From NCBI GenBank assembly GCA_043754455.1, contig JAYUUT010000390.1, forward strand, positions 1 to 51,429: a stretch of 51,429 bases of DNA, written 5' to 3'. The stretch's first letter is position 1; the number at the start of each line of letters is the position of its first letter. A program made the position numbers and the translations under genes. Of the stretch, positions 28,146 to 38,983 are shown in pieces. The stretch comes from Myxococcales bacterium (lineage in GTDB: Bacteria; Myxococcota_A; Polyangia; Fen-1088). Under the pieces are notes generated by a model. It was given only the letters and a program-made list of their open reading frames with translations. It had not been told where the DNA came from and searched no databases.

Positions 28146-29030
28146 CTATCGCCCCGTCCAAATCACACTCCCATCTGCCGTCGTCACGATCTCGATCGCC
28201 AGGCCATCGGGAATCCAGACTCGCCTGCGGGCTGTTCCCATGGATCGAAAATCCGAGACGATGAATTTGGCCTGGCGGCTCTTGGGGAGACCTTTCCAGC
28301 TCCAACGAAAGGCCAGAGCGGACGGGTATTCGTCTGCTACGCGCGCCAAAATGGTGGCAGGAAGGTCGCCTAAGCGGAATCCGCAAAAATCATCGCCGTC
28401 ATCTCCCCGTACAATTTTGAAACGTTTCCACAGACCGGCCGTCAGCTCGACCCCGTCGGGGTCGCTGAAGCTTCCCGAGATCAGGCCCGATGACAGCGGA
28501 TCAACGGAGGGCGAAACACATTCCACGGACAGATAGAGAACGCCACGACGTAGGACCGGCGTCTGCCCCGAAGCCGCGGGCATGTAGAAACGCACGGCGG
28601 ACAGTTTTTCGGCCGCGCGGCTGACCAAGCGGGCGATCCGCGTGTCGTGAAGAATCCTGCGGCGAATCATATCGGGACGCAGTGGTTTTGATTCGTCCTG
28701 TTCGGCTGCGTTCAGTTCGTCGTCACTGTCCTTGTCCAGGGTTCGTGCAACGGACAGAACGTCGCGTGTGACAAACGGGACCAATTTTTCGAACTCGTCG
28801 ACCCGGCGCCCTTCCGCCAAACGAGGAAAGACCTGATCAATAGCCTCATCAAGTTGATTTTCGTCAACCTCCGCGACCGTGGGGCCAGCGGCAGCCCCTT
28901 CGCCCGTTCCAGAACCAAAAATTAGCAGCATCGCGACCCCGCAGGCGCCTCTGCGGCGCGCGCAGCTCCGTCCGCACCGCCCCATCTCCATTCGACTTCC
29001 GATCGTCATCGTGCTCCCTCTAGACCTCAC
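28146..29030 (-). CDS. Hypothetical secreted protein
   Basis: Basic plus hydrophobic N-terminal segment; tightly packed in the operon; start uncertain. Confidence 0.55.
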   Translation of the reverse strand: MRSRGSTMTIGSRMEMGRCGRSCARRRGACGVAMLLIFGSGTGEGAAAGPTVAEVDENQLDEAIDQVFPRLAEGRRVDEFEKLVPFVTRDVLSVARTLDKDSDDELNAAEQDESKPLRPDMIRRRILHDTRIARLVSRAAEKLSAVRFYMPAASGQTPVLRRGVLYLSVECVSPSVDPLSSGLISGSFSDPDGVELTAGLWKRFKIVRGDDGDDFCGFRLGDLPATILARVADEYPSALAFRWSWKGLPKSRQAKFIVSDFRSMGTARRRVWIPDGLAIEIVTTADGSVIWTGR

Positions 29031-29036
29031 GGACTC

Positions 29037-30626
29037 TCAGTGCATAGACGAGCAGGAGTAGTAGATTACAGACTTATCGCGCTTTCCATTCGAACGCACG
29101 TTTTTGAAGCCGACCGCCGCCTGCGACGTTGCCTTGTCAATAACAACGGAGGCGTCGGTGACTGTGCCGGCAAAGCGCGTTTTCTTCTTAGCCACAAGTC
29201 CGTTGAGATCGTTCTTCTCAACATGGTAGAAACTTGACGAGCGATTCTCGTTTAGAATTGTTGCTTTGAGTTTAGTTCTTGCGAGCACGAAGAGCATCGC
29301 CGGAAATCCTCTTGTTCCTTCGGTGCCGAATTTATCCCCGTCGTTATTCTCATACTGGTCGGGCTCGCAGCGTAACGAGAGACGCGTGATGGCCAGCCTT
29401 TGGTCACGTTCTGCCTGTTTTGAAGCAAGGCGAGTCGCTCTTGCCTCCTCCTTGGCTTCCTTGGCAGCTTTGCGACGAAAGGATGACGTCGCTTCGATGG
29501 CCTTCTGGACATCAGAGAATTCGTGAGCAAGTTCGGGATCTAGGCCCCCTGCCGATCGTGCCGTGGCAAGCTCTGTCAACGCCACGTCGGACTTGTCTTT
29601 TCCGGCTAGTTTCATAGCCGTGGCGAGGTGTTTTCTCACTGATGGCCTTTTGGATGCAGCCTCTGCTGCGTCTATCGACTCAGACAAAACTTTTCCCGCC
29701 TTTTCGCCGAAGGTCTGGGCCTTCGCGACTTCGGCTCGTGCGGCTGCAAATTCACCGTCCTTGACGAATGACCGCGCCATTTCGGCGTGGTATTTTGCAG
29801 CCGCAGCTTGAAGTTCCACAAGGGGAAGGCTTTGATTCTCCACTCGTCCTTTGATGTTGTTACCCGAGATGTCGAAGATGGGAACTATTGCCGATTGTGC
29901 CGACCAGACGTCGCTAAGCTTCAGAATCGCTTCTTTCGAAAGGACTAGGCTTCCGCTATTGGAAGTGCTCCCAAGAGGAATTCTGTTGCCTTTCACGATG
30001 GCGGTAACGCTAGCGCCAGAAACAAGCCCTTCGTTGCAGGGCAAGTCACGGCTTTTTTGACCAGCGACCACGCCTTTCTTCGTTTCGATCAGGTCGTCTG
30101 CGCGAAAAACGTTGGCTGTTGCGATGGCCGCCAAGGCGACGCTCGATATTGCGGTTCCGAGCCCAAGTTTCCGGGCCCCTGCCTGAGAGATGGGATTCAT
30201 GGTCGTTCGGTCGCCGTCCGGAGCCACCCTGGACGCGTCAGCGTAAATTCCAATGCCGGCGACAAACCCAACCGCGCCGCCGAAATAGGCCCAGTTCGTC
30301 CCAGACGCAGACGTTCTCGTGACCACGGTCCTCTCCGTTACGATTTCGTTGGTCGTCTCCTTGCAAACTGATGTGTGGGTAAAAACAAGGGCTAGGCCCT
30401 GACCGCCTTCGCCGGGCGTATTCCATCGAACGGCGAGGGTTTGGCTGTTGTCCAATGGAGTCATAGAAACTGTTGGGTTCTCGGGAAGCCTCGTGGTTTG
30501 CCTGTTAACAATGTCCCCAGCACATCCGCTGCTGCCAACTCCGCTGGCGAAACCGAAAAGAACGACGGTAGTCGTCATCGGGCGCCACGATGAACGATCG
30601 GCATGATCGCTGTTGCAAGACTTCAC
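29037..30626 (-). CDS. Hypothetical lipoprotein/membrane protein with helical/coiled region
   Basis: SSGC lipobox-like site, two Gly/Ala-rich hydrophobic segments, A/K/E-rich helices. Confidence 0.6.
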   Translation of the reverse strand: MKSCNSDHADRSSWRPMTTTVVLFGFASGVGSSGCAGDIVNRQTTRLPENPTVSMTPLDNSQTLAVRWNTPGEGGQGLALVFTHTSVCKETTNEIVTERTVVTRTSASGTNWAYFGGAVGFVAGIGIYADASRVAPDGDRTTMNPISQAGARKLGLGTAISSVALAAIATANVFRADDLIETKKGVVAGQKSRDLPCNEGLVSGASVTAIVKGNRIPLGSTSNSGSLVLSKEAILKLSDVWSAQSAIVPIFDISGNNIKGRVENQSLPLVELQAAAAKYHAEMARSFVKDGEFAAARAEVAKAQTFGEKAGKVLSESIDAAEAASKRPSVRKHLATAMKLAGKDKSDVALTELATARSAGGLDPELAHEFSDVQKAIEATSSFRRKAAKEAKEEARATRLASKQAERDQRLAITRLSLRCEPDQYENNDGDKFGTEGTRGFPAMLFVLARTKLKATILNENRSSSFYHVEKNDLNGLVAKKKTRFAGTVTDASVVIDKATSQAAVGFKNVRSNGKRDKSVIYYSCSSMH

Positions 30627-32107
30627 AGGGCGCTCCTGCTGTAGACGATAGAAACGACGGCCTGACCAGATGAACTGATATGGCTTATTATAAGGTCGCT
30701 CAGCTTATCGCCATCGAGATCAACTGCCTCATGAATCGTTGGTCGCCGTTCAAATTCTGTCTTTTTCAGAAGTCGAAAATTTCCAGCCGGCGTGCTCAGC
30801 GTGAGACTAAGGGTGGTGCCCTCGGTGGTTGCGAGGTCAAGTAGCGTGTCGTCATTTAGTCGGGCGAGTTTTAGAGACCATGCGCTCAATGAAATTTTTT
30901 CAATGGAAATTTCATCGGCCTTCGGATTTGCGGCGACGCTTACGATTATGAATCCGCCACGGATCCCGCACGAAAAGAGAATTTCTGTTGCGCCGTCGCC
31001 GTTGATGTCGCCGACGTCCATCCCTGAAGTCACGCGTTCGTCGCAAACGCTGAAGGAGCGAGAGGCAAACCCTCCGCGACCATCTCCGGTCGCCAGAAGA
31101 AGACTTGTGCCCGATGAGTTTGCTTTGTCGCCCAGACTGACAATGTCTTTTCGGCCGTCGCCGTCAATGTCGTAGATTTGCATGAACGACGAGAAGGCTT
31201 TGCTGACGTTGAAGTTTGACAGAGCCCCAAATGTTCCGCGTTTTGTGGCAAGCGCAACTGACAGAGTGCCGGTGGCGGCTGGTCCGATGGTGCCGTTGGC
31301 TGTTTTTCGTGTTCCTCCTGCGAGATCATCAATGCCGTCCCCGGAAAAATCTCCCACCACAAGAGGCGAAAGAAATAGGCCATCTTTGGACGCCAGGGGT
31401 AGCGAGTCGAATCGCGCCAGAGGCATTCCTTGGCTGCTTTTGATGATCACGGCATCGTTTTTGTCGCCATAAATCGCGAGGTCTTTCAAGTTATCATCAT
31501 TAAAGTCCCCGCTAACAATTCTTAAAGCCCCGAACTCGGGAAGAAGAGGTGCGGAGACTTGTTGGAAGTTGCCAAATGTGCCATTGGCCTCCGCATATAG
31601 AACGAAAAGTTCGAAGTTTTGCCGACCATTAATGGGGCGAAAGAATGCAACATCAATGTCCTTGTCGCCGTCGAAGTCACCAAGAGCCAGGGAGACGTCC
31701 CCATACGAAAGGTTCGTCGGGGACGGAATAACGAACGATTTGATCCGCTGGTACATAGGGTCCACCATCGGCCCGGTAGCTGGTTCCGGCGGGGTCATCC
31801 CAGATATGCCTCCCTCGGCAGGCATGACAAGTCTTACGGCCCCTGCGCCACCTGCCCCGACGGCCCCCCCACCGGCGCCCCCGACCCCTTCTGGTGCGAT
31901 TGGCTGATTCAATGATGAACAGCTACTGCAGAGCAGACCGATGGTCGTGAAAAATGCGGCTGTTCTTCGTAGCTGATCAGGGCCCGTCAGTTGCACGGGC
32001 GTCAGCGGACGCCCGCGTCCTTCGTTTCCCTGGAAACCCCATTTGGGCGTCGCCTTGTTTGACCGCAACGGACAATTGGCTTGATCTTTTTTCCTGCTGT
32101 CGCTCAC
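30623..32107 (-). CDS. FG-GAP/VCBS repeat lipoprotein
   Basis: About seven repeats: GDFDGDKDID, GDFNDDNLKD, GDFSGDGIDD, DIDGDGRKD, GDINGDG, LNDDTLLD, DLDGDKLSD; start uncertain. Confidence 0.85.
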   Translation of the reverse strand: MSDSRKKDQANCPLRSNKATPKWGFQGNEGRGRPLTPVQLTGPDQLRRTAAFFTTIGLLCSSCSSLNQPIAPEGVGGAGGGAVGAGGAGAVRLVMPAEGGISGMTPPEPATGPMVDPMYQRIKSFVIPSPTNLSYGDVSLALGDFDGDKDIDVAFFRPINGRQNFELFVLYAEANGTFGNFQQVSAPLLPEFGALRIVSGDFNDDNLKDLAIYGDKNDAVIIKSSQGMPLARFDSLPLASKDGLFLSPLVVGDFSGDGIDDLAGGTRKTANGTIGPAATGTLSVALATKRGTFGALSNFNVSKAFSSFMQIYDIDGDGRKDIVSLGDKANSSGTSLLLATGDGRGGFASRSFSVCDERVTSGMDVGDINGDGATEILFSCGIRGGFIIVSVAANPKADEISIEKISLSAWSLKLARLNDDTLLDLATTEGTTLSLTLSTPAGNFRLLKKTEFERRPTIHEAVDLDGDKLSDLIISHISSSGQAVVSIVYSRSAL

Positions 32108-32216
32108 TTCACAAACCCCCCTAATTCGTTTCTGTGCCTCTGCGCCCCACCATCCCTGGTCGCCTCGCCCTGTTCATCTGCGTCAGGTACATCGGAGATC
32201 TGCACGCCGTACTTTA

Positions 32217-32507
32217 GTGCGGTGGTTGTGCTGGGGGCCTGGACCGACTCTGCGGGCTGTGGCCCGGTCTCGTTGCGTTCCGCCTGCTGTTGATGATGTC
32301 GCCCGTGTTGTGGGCGAATCGATTCGCCGTGCCCGGATTGAAGTGGGCAAAAGCCAGGAGGAAGCCGCGGCCGCGGCGGGAATCGATTACAAACGCTGGC
32401 AGCGGATTGAGGCGGGTCAGGTCAACACGACCCTGCGGACGTTGGTTCGGGTCAGCGCCGCCGTAGGCAGCGATTTCTGGTCAATCGTGCGGCGCGACCC
32501 TTTGTGA
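32217..32507 (+). CDS. XRE-family transcriptional regulator
   Basis: IRRAR...GKSQEE.A..AGIDYK.WQRIE.G.VN.TL.TL; real start probably near 32290. Confidence 0.8.
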   Translation: MRWLCWGPGPTLRAVARSRCVPPAVDDVARVVGESIRRARIEVGKSQEEAAAAAGIDYKRWQRIEAGQVNTTLRTLVRVSAAVGSDFWSIVRRDPL

Positions 32508-32585
32508 CTCGGCTCGGCGAGCCGCTGTGCGGGTTTCCGGTGAACTGTTTATGAACGTTTTTCCTCCGGCGCGGGTCAAACCCTT

Positions 32586-33485
32586 ATGATCGTGCTGGGG
32601 CTGCTGCTGGGGTTTGTCGAGACGTCCTGTCTTTCGGACGAGGTTGCATCCCCCACGCCCGCACCCGCCGAGGTCGCCCCCCCTGCGCCTGCCGCCGCGC
32701 CCCCTTCAGCAGAAACCCCGGCCCGGCCCCCGCTGCTTCCGCGTCAGGAAAGGGCCCGCTATCGCGTGGTTCATGCGTTATTTGGCGAGGTGGGGCAGAT
32801 ATCGGTGGACCTGTTGCCCGGTGCGGCGGGCACCCGGGACGTGCGGGCCACGGCCGCGGCTTCGGGATCGTTACTGGGGCTAGGGGCCTTCGACAAACGC
32901 ATCGAGACTGAAGTTGATCCCACCTTGGCGGTTCCCCGGCGGTGGACGGCGACGCGTGTGCAATCCGGCAAGACGACAGTGGACACCGTTGATGTTCCGC
33001 GTGTGGGGAAAATCGTGTCGACGCGCACGCGTGCGGGGCGCGCTGACGAACAGGCGGTGTTGCGTCGTCCCCACGCCATAGGGGATGGCCTTAGTTTCCT
33101 GCTGAAGCTGCGGGCGGAACCGCCTACGGTCCCGGTTGTCACGGAAGTGCTGGACGGGCGGATGTTGTGGATCATGAACGTCGCCCCCGCCCGCCGGGGC
33201 GTCCTGCTACAGGGCCAATCGACCTGGCAAATCGAAGTGCGCGCCACCCCCATCGAATGGGATGGCAGCCCTGATACGGACAGGGAAGAACATTCGTTCA
33301 GCCTGTGGCTGTCCAACGACGCCCTTCGGCTGCCGTTGCGCATATCCCTGCCGGCACCGCTAGGCCAGGTGCGCATCGACCTTGTGGCGGTGGATCATCC
33401 GCAACCGGCGGTGGCGACGAAACGGACGCGGTCGTTGACGGGGCTCGTGGACTGGCTGCCCCGCGCCCGTCGCAGCGCGCGTTAA
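32586..33485 (+). CDS. DUF3108-like secreted protein
   Basis: Signal peptide; D.LS.L..LR; [14 protein letters not shown]....PLG.VR..L. Confidence 0.7.
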   Translation: MIVLGLLLGFVETSCLSDEVASPTPAPAEVAPPAPAAAPPSAETPARPPLLPRQERARYRVVHALFGEVGQISVDLLPGAAGTRDVRATAAASGSLLGLGAFDKRIETEVDPTLAVPRRWTATRVQSGKTTVDTVDVPRVGKIVSTRTRAGRADEQAVLRRPHAIGDGLSFLLKLRAEPPTVPVVTEVLDGRMLWIMNVAPARRGVLLQGQSTWQIEVRATPIEWDGSPDTDREEHSFSLWLSNDALRLPLRISLPAPLGQVRIDLVAVDHPQPAVATKRTRSLTGLVDWLPRARRSAR

Positions 33486-35164
33486 GGGCGAAGATCCCGC
33501 AACGTTCGTTCTATGGCCGCCAGCAAGGGCCCCGTTTTGTGGCGATCGCAGGCCGCCACGGCGATGGTTCCTTCCCGGCTTTCCCACAAAAGTTGTTCCT
33601 CGGGCGGCAACAGGTCCATTTTGTTCATGACCAGCAGGCGGGGCGTGTGGGCCAGATGGAGGTCGCCCAAGATTCGTTCAACCGCCTGGATTTGCATCTC
33701 GTGGTCAGGATCCGCCGCGTCCACTAGATGCAACAAAAGATCAGCCTCACCCAGTTCTTCCAGTGTTGCGCGAAACGCGGCTATTAGATCCGTGGGAAGC
33801 TCGCGAATGAAACCCACGGTATCAGCCAGAATGACCTCGGCGCCGTTATCGACCGGAAACGGCAGGCGTAGCCTTCGGGTGGTCGGATCAAGGGTCGCGA
33901 ACAATTTGTCTTCGGCCACGACGTCACTGCGGGTCAGGGTGTTCAAAAGCGTGCTTTTCCCTGCGTTCGTGTAGCCCACGATGGCAACGATGGGGATGCC
34001 GCTTTTTGATCGCATCGATCGACGTTCGCTGCGTTGTCGACCAAACCGTTCGATTTCCTGTTCTAGGCGGTGAATGCGCGCGCGCGCGCTTCGGCGGTTT
34101 TCTTCCAGTTTTGTTTCACCAGGCCCGCGTCCCCCGATGCCACCGGTCAGGCGTGACATCATCGTGTTTTTTTCGTGCAACCGGGGCAATCGGTATTTCA
34201 GTTGTGCCAGTTCGACTTGCAGCTTGCCGTCACGGCTTTTTGCCCGCTGTGCGAAAATATCCAGGATCAACATCGTCCGATCGATGACCTTCAAATCGGT
34301 GAAATCCGCGATGGCATGTGCCTGGCCCGGGCTCAGTTCGGGATCGAAAATCAACGTGCTGGCGTCTTGTTGCATCGCCCGCACCAGGATTTCCTCTAGT
34401 TTCCCACGGCCTACCAGGTATTTCGGATCCGCTTCGGGGCGTCGCTGTTCCATCACGCCCCCGACTTCGATCCCGGCGGTTCGACACAGTTCGCGCAGTT
34501 CGGCCACGCGGCCTTGCATCGACGTACGCAGGGCGGTGTCACCGCCTGGGATCTTCGGGCCTCGGCCTTTTCGTAGCTCGACCACCACCAGCACGGCCCG
34601 TCCTGCGCCTTTGGTGGACACGGTGGCGGGGACTGTGCGTTCAAACTCTTCTTCCAACGCCGATATCAAAGCCGCCGCATCGACACGCGCTTGATAAAAC
34701 GGCACCGGGTCTAAAATTCTCCACGGATCCTGGTCGGGCTGTGGGGGAACCATATGCGCCACATGCAGATCGGCCGGGGTGCCGCTGTGGGTGACCCCGA
34801 GGGCCGCAATCAGATCCAGCCGCAACAGGGCCAGATCGACCAAGTCATCGCGCGACAAAATTTCGTTGCGCAAGTGGGTGTGGACCAGCCGCAACCCGCG
34901 AAATCGCCCCCGCCCGGCCCGGATGCGCCCAAAATCCGGCAGCATCAATTTCGACGAATCACCCACAAATACATGTTCGATCCCGCCCCGCCGGTTCACC
35001 AGCAGGCCAATCTGTCTTTCCAGATCGCGCGACAGGCTGCACATATACGTCGCAAGCTCTGCCGACACGACCTCTTCGGGCAGCAGCCGCCGCCGGTAGA
35101 TCCGTTCTAACGCCTGCTTCTCGCTGGGTTTTAACCCGGCGAGGTTCCCGGTCAGTTCTTGCAA
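33482..35164 (-). CDS. hflX: GTPase HflX
   Basis: [42 protein letters not shown]; start near TTG 35164. Confidence 0.95.
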   Translation of the reverse strand: MQELTGNLAGLKPSEKQALERIYRRRLLPEEVVSAELATYMCSLSRDLERQIGLLVNRRGGIEHVFVGDSSKLMLPDFGRIRAGRGRFRGLRLVHTHLRNEILSRDDLVDLALLRLDLIAALGVTHSGTPADLHVAHMVPPQPDQDPWRILDPVPFYQARVDAAALISALEEEFERTVPATVSTKGAGRAVLVVVELRKGRGPKIPGGDTALRTSMQGRVAELRELCRTAGIEVGGVMEQRRPEADPKYLVGRGKLEEILVRAMQQDASTLIFDPELSPGQAHAIADFTDLKVIDRTMLILDIFAQRAKSRDGKLQVELAQLKYRLPRLHEKNTMMSRLTGGIGGRGPGETKLEENRRSARARIHRLEQEIERFGRQRSERRSMRSKSGIPIVAIVGYTNAGKSTLLNTLTRSDVVAEDKLFATLDPTTRRLRLPFPVDNGAEVILADTVGFIRELPTDLIAAFRATLEELGEADLLLHLVDAADPDHEMQIQAVERILGDLHLAHTPRLLVMNKMDLLPPEEQLLWESREGTIAVAACDRHKTGPLLAAIERTLRDLRP

Positions 35165-35180
35165 TCGTTCCGCACGTTTT

Positions 35181-37436
35181 TTAGGACGTGCCGCTTTCGT
35201 CACCCGAAGGTTTCACGGCCGGCGTGGATGTCCCGGCCCCACGTTCGTCCAGCAAGGTCAAGGCGACGGCCAATGCCCGTTTGGCCCGGTCGATCACCTT
35301 GTCGTCCGACTTCAGTTTGGTGAACACCCGCAAGATTTGATCTTCGTATTCGGCGGATTTGGTTTCTTGTTCGGCGGCCCGATCACGGGCCTGGGTCAGC
35401 TTCACTTCGCGGTCGCGCAAATCCGCGCGGACGCCATCCAGGTCACCGTCCACACGGGTGATCCGCCGCCGCGCTTCAGCCAGCTCTTCAGTCCGTGCCG
35501 CCAATTCACCCTCGGCCTTCGCTGCTCTGACATTGGCCTGGTCCAGCTCCTGCCGGTGCCGTTCGGACAGTTCGGCCTTCTCGTCGAAGTGCCGCCGGTC
35601 CAGCTCGGCTTGTTTGGCGTGGTGTTCGTCGTCGCGGCCTTGCAGCTCTTGTCGTCGCCGCGATTCAGCCGCTTCTAGTTCGCTGACCCGGCGGGTTTCC
35701 GCGTCGCTGCCTTCGCGCTGCCGTCGATCTTCTGCCGCCTGCTGCTCTTCTTCGTGGCGTTTGCGCGATGCCAGCAGTTCGTTTTTGTGATCCCGCTCTT
35801 TGCCTTCGACGGCTGCCTGGTGCGCCTGCCGTTCGGCCGCCACCTGCAGGGCCTGTTCTTCTTTTGCAGCGGCCAGGGCCTTTTCGCCGTCCCGCCGCAG
35901 CCGCGCGTTTTCCGCCGCCAGCCGATCGTCCAACAGCCGCAGCTCTTCGCTGCTCTTTTTTTGCAACGACTCTTGATCGGCGGCGTGTGTGGCTTTCAGC
36001 CGGGCAATTTCGCCATCGTAAGAACTCTTCAGCGATTCTTCGGTGGCGACCTTTTCGTCGGCCAGACGCCCGGTTTCTTCGTGATGGGCTTCTTTTAGCT
36101 CCAGAATCTGTGCTTCCAGATCCCCGCGCTGTTTCTCACTCTCGGTACGAGCCCGATCTTCTGCGGATGCCAGGCGTTTCTTGGCGCCTTCGACTTCTTC
36201 GTGAGCTTTTTGAATTTCGGTCAGCGCGTCGTCCAGGCGTGCCTTGAGGCCCTTTTCCCGTTCGGTTGCCCGATCTTTATCCTGGCCCTGGGCGGCAATT
36301 TTTTCCTGGGCGGCCATGAGGCTTTTTTCCAGGCCCAGCATCTTGTCTTCGAAGTCGCGTTTGCCGCGTTCGTTTTCACGAATGCGATCTTTGGTATCTA
36401 GGATCTGCCGATCTTTGGCGTCTAGGCCGTCCCGTAGATCCAGGATGTCGCGTTCTTTGCGGTTGATGATCTCCCGCAGCGACAACACTTCTTTTTCTTT
36501 GGACAGGGGCTGGGTGGAAACCTTCTGACGGGCCTCGTCCAGTTCCTCTTGCAGGCTGGATCGACTGGTTTGCAAGGCCCGAAGCTGCGATTCCAGTTCC
36601 TTGACGGTGCTTTGCAGTTCGGCGACGCGGCCATCATCCACCGGGTGGGGCGTGTGGTGTTCCACCTCGTCGACCGATGGGGCCAGGCCCACATCGGAAA
36701 TGAAATCGTCGGCCCCTGGGACAAAGGGGCTGGCGGGAACCGGCGACGCGGGCTCTGCCAGGTTCAGGAACTCAAGCGAATGGACCGCGTTGGTTCGTTC
36801 GCCCTCCCAATCCGATGCGGGGGCAGGCAAGGGAGCGGTCGGTCTTGCGGCCAGGGGTGTTTCCAGGGGCCCCGTGTGCCCTATCTGAAGGGCATCGAAT
36901 GCGGCGTCCGTTTCCGCCTCTAGGTTGCCGCCGTCGAAGGCAGGGGCAACGGTGGTGGGGGGGCCCCGTTCGTCCATCACGATGTCGCTGTCTGATACCG
37001 ACAGTTCTTCGCCATCGGATCCGATGATGATCTCCTCATCTTCAAGGTCGCCCTGGGGTTCACCGAGGGCCAGGACGGATCCCAATTTCTTCCGTAGGTC
37101 TTCAGCCAAAAGCGGCTTGATGATGTATTCGTCGGCCCTTGATTTCAGCTTCTTATGCTGTTCAAAGGTCTGTTGGGTTTCCTCGGCCGACGTCAGGATC
37201 AGTGGGATCTTTGCCAGTTCGGGGCTGCGCTTGATCTTGTTGCAGATCGCGTACCCGATCTTGCGGGGTTCGACGCAGACGATGATGGCGGCGGGGTTGT
37301 TGGCCCGCGCCCATTCGATCGCTTGCTCGCCATTCGGGATGCTCTGCACAGAGAGCCCGTAGGGCGTGAACACCTTCTTGATCTCAGCCACCGCCCCGCC
37401 GTCCGGCTCAACACAAAGCAGGATGCGACTTGCCAT
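35181..37436 (-). CDS. FrzS-like pseudo-receiver plus long coiled-coil protein
   Basis: GYAICNKIK...[18 protein letters not shown] resembles the FrzS receiver (FAQHRKLKAHADEYVAKP, from memory); no phospho-acceptor Asp; long heptad region. Confidence 0.75.
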   Translation of the reverse strand: MASRILLCVEPDGGAVAEIKKVFTPYGLSVQSIPNGEQAIEWARANNPAAIIVCVEPRKIGYAICNKIKRSPELAKIPLILTSAEETQQTFEQHKKLKSRADEYIIKPLLAEDLRKKLGSVLALGEPQGDLEDEEIIIGSDGEELSVSDSDIVMDERGPPTTVAPAFDGGNLEAETDAAFDALQIGHTGPLETPLAARPTAPLPAPASDWEGERTNAVHSLEFLNLAEPASPVPASPFVPGADDFISDVGLAPSVDEVEHHTPHPVDDGRVAELQSTVKELESQLRALQTSRSSLQEELDEARQKVSTQPLSKEKEVLSLREIINRKERDILDLRDGLDAKDRQILDTKDRIRENERGKRDFEDKMLGLEKSLMAAQEKIAAQGQDKDRATEREKGLKARLDDALTEIQKAHEEVEGAKKRLASAEDRARTESEKQRGDLEAQILELKEAHHEETGRLADEKVATEESLKSSYDGEIARLKATHAADQESLQKKSSEELRLLDDRLAAENARLRRDGEKALAAAKEEQALQVAAERQAHQAAVEGKERDHKNELLASRKRHEEEQQAAEDRRQREGSDAETRRVSELEAAESRRRQELQGRDDEHHAKQAELDRRHFDEKAELSERHRQELDQANVRAAKAEGELAARTEELAEARRRITRVDGDLDGVRADLRDREVKLTQARDRAAEQETKSAEYEDQILRVFTKLKSDDKVIDRAKRALAVALTLLDERGAGTSTPAVKPSGDESGTS

Positions 37437-37517
37437 TGGGTCTACGAACGTACACGGAAGCGCCGCAAAAGGCCAACGTTGCCCGCAAAATTAACAGCCC
37501 CCCAAATTAACAAGAAC

Positions 37518-38285
37518 TCAGGGCCGGAACGTCGTCGTCAAATAACTGGCAAGCCAGTCTTCGTCCGCGTCCACGGTCATAACGTAGTTCAGGCCATCAC
37601 CCCCCCGAAACGCCGCCGTTGACGCCCCCCTGTCCGTCACCATGGTCAATTCCCGCCCTACCAGCATCCGCCGCAGGGTCGATTCCTCGTCGGCATCGTC
37701 GTCGTAAATCATCAACCCCAACCGTTGTCCGCCCGCCCCGGTCAGCACCAAATACGCCCCGAACCGTCCCCCCACATTGACCAGCCGCCCTCCTTGACAT
37801 GATGCGCCTTTGGTCTGGGCGGGTGGTTTTACGGGGAAATCCAGCTTGCCGCGAAACCAATTGGCCACCGCCAGGCAACTGGAATCTACGACATCCAAGG
37901 GAACCCCCGCCTGCAGGGTCCGGCGCGCCTGTTCCATCACAACCGGGGTTTTGGACCGGGCCACCAGCACCAACGCCGCCAGGGCCCCAGCCGCCATCAC
38001 GGCAGGGCCAAGACGGGGGAAACGTTCCCAGAACCAAGGTCGGGACGCCGCCGTCGGGGCGGCCAGGCCCTGCGCGATACGCGCCTGCAACCGTGCCGAC
38101 ACCAGCCGCGGACCCAGGTGCCCCCGGACCGCCGATTTGAACCGGGACTGCAACCGCGACGCTTGGTTACATGCAGGGCAGTCCAGCAGATGGCGTTCGT
38201 ACGAATCCCGTTCCCCCTCGGCCAATTCGCCGTCGATGTAGGGGTGGATCAGGTTATCCGCCTCATTACATTTCATGGTTGTCAT
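37518..38285 (-). CDS. Zinc-binding (ZAS) transmembrane anti-sigma factor
   Basis: C....LIHPYIDGEL...HLLDCPAC; TM helix; ATGA overlap with the sigma gene. Confidence 0.85.
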   Translation of the reverse strand: MTTMKCNEADNLIHPYIDGELAEGERDSYERHLLDCPACNQASRLQSRFKSAVRGHLGPRLVSARLQARIAQGLAAPTAASRPWFWERFPRLGPAVMAAGALAALVLVARSKTPVVMEQARRTLQAGVPLDVVDSSCLAVANWFRGKLDFPVKPPAQTKGASCQGGRLVNVGGRFGAYLVLTGAGGQRLGLMIYDDDADEESTLRRMLVGRELTMVTDRGASTAAFRGGDGLNYVMTVDADEDWLASYLTTTFRP

Positions 38286-38929
38286 GGCCGCCCCCCGCCG
38301 TGGCTGCGGTGCTTGCGGAACGTGGCCAAATCTATCGGGGCCTCGGCCGCTGGGGCCTCGGCGGGCGCCGGGATGACGCCTTGATCGACCGCGTATTGGA
38401 ATAGGGATTTTTGCAGCATTTTGCGCCCTCGGAACAGGCGGCTCATCACGGTGCCCGCGGGGCACCCCATGATCTCGGCGATCTCGTTGTACGAGAAGTC
38501 CTCAAGATCGGCCAAAATAACCGCCATACGGAAATCGCTGGGGACCGCCGCCAGGGCCCTTTCGACGTCCTCTGACACCATGCGCCCCAGCAAGGCCGTT
38601 TCGGAGTCACGCGACAGATCGCCCAGGAATTGGCCCAGATTGGCATCGGACGATTCGACCTGGCTAAGAATTTCCCGTTCCCTGTCCCGCTGCCTGTACC
38701 GGTTGCAGAATGCGTTGTTCAGGATGCGGAACAGCCAGGCCTTGCAGTTTGTGCCCGGTTCGAATGAATCGAAAAAACGGTAGGCCCGCATGACGGTTTC
38801 CTGGACCAAGTCGTCGGCATCGCTTTCGCTGCGTGTCATGCGCATGGCGGCGCCGTGGAGGGCCCCCAAATGAGGCAAGGCTTCACGTTCGAAATCAGCT
38901 CGGGAGGGGCGGCGAGAAAATAGGCCCAT
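38282..38929 (-). CDS. ECF sigma factor
   Basis: DADDLVQET, GTNCKAWLFRI, FSYNEIAEIMGCPAGTVMSRLFRGR. Confidence 0.93.
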   Translation of the reverse strand: MGLFSRRPSRADFEREALPHLGALHGAAMRMTRSESDADDLVQETVMRAYRFFDSFEPGTNCKAWLFRILNNAFCNRYRQRDREREILSQVESSDANLGQFLGDLSRDSETALLGRMVSEDVERALAAVPSDFRMAVILADLEDFSYNEIAEIMGCPAGTVMSRLFRGRKMLQKSLFQYAVDQGVIPAPAEAPAAEAPIDLATFRKHRSHGGGRP

Positions 38930-38983
38930 GGGATCTGTCCTTGGAACCAGGGGTGGGGGCGAAATATTCCACAGATGGCGAGG

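Noticed and set aside
28123-28386. N-terminal 88 aa of ORF 26410..28386
   Set aside because: Overlaps the upstream gene; the RBS and signal peptide point to ATG 28122
34431-34441. Extra repeat A core gcttcggggcg
   Set aside because: Short match inside hflX coding sequence with no other blocks; chance in GC-rich DNA
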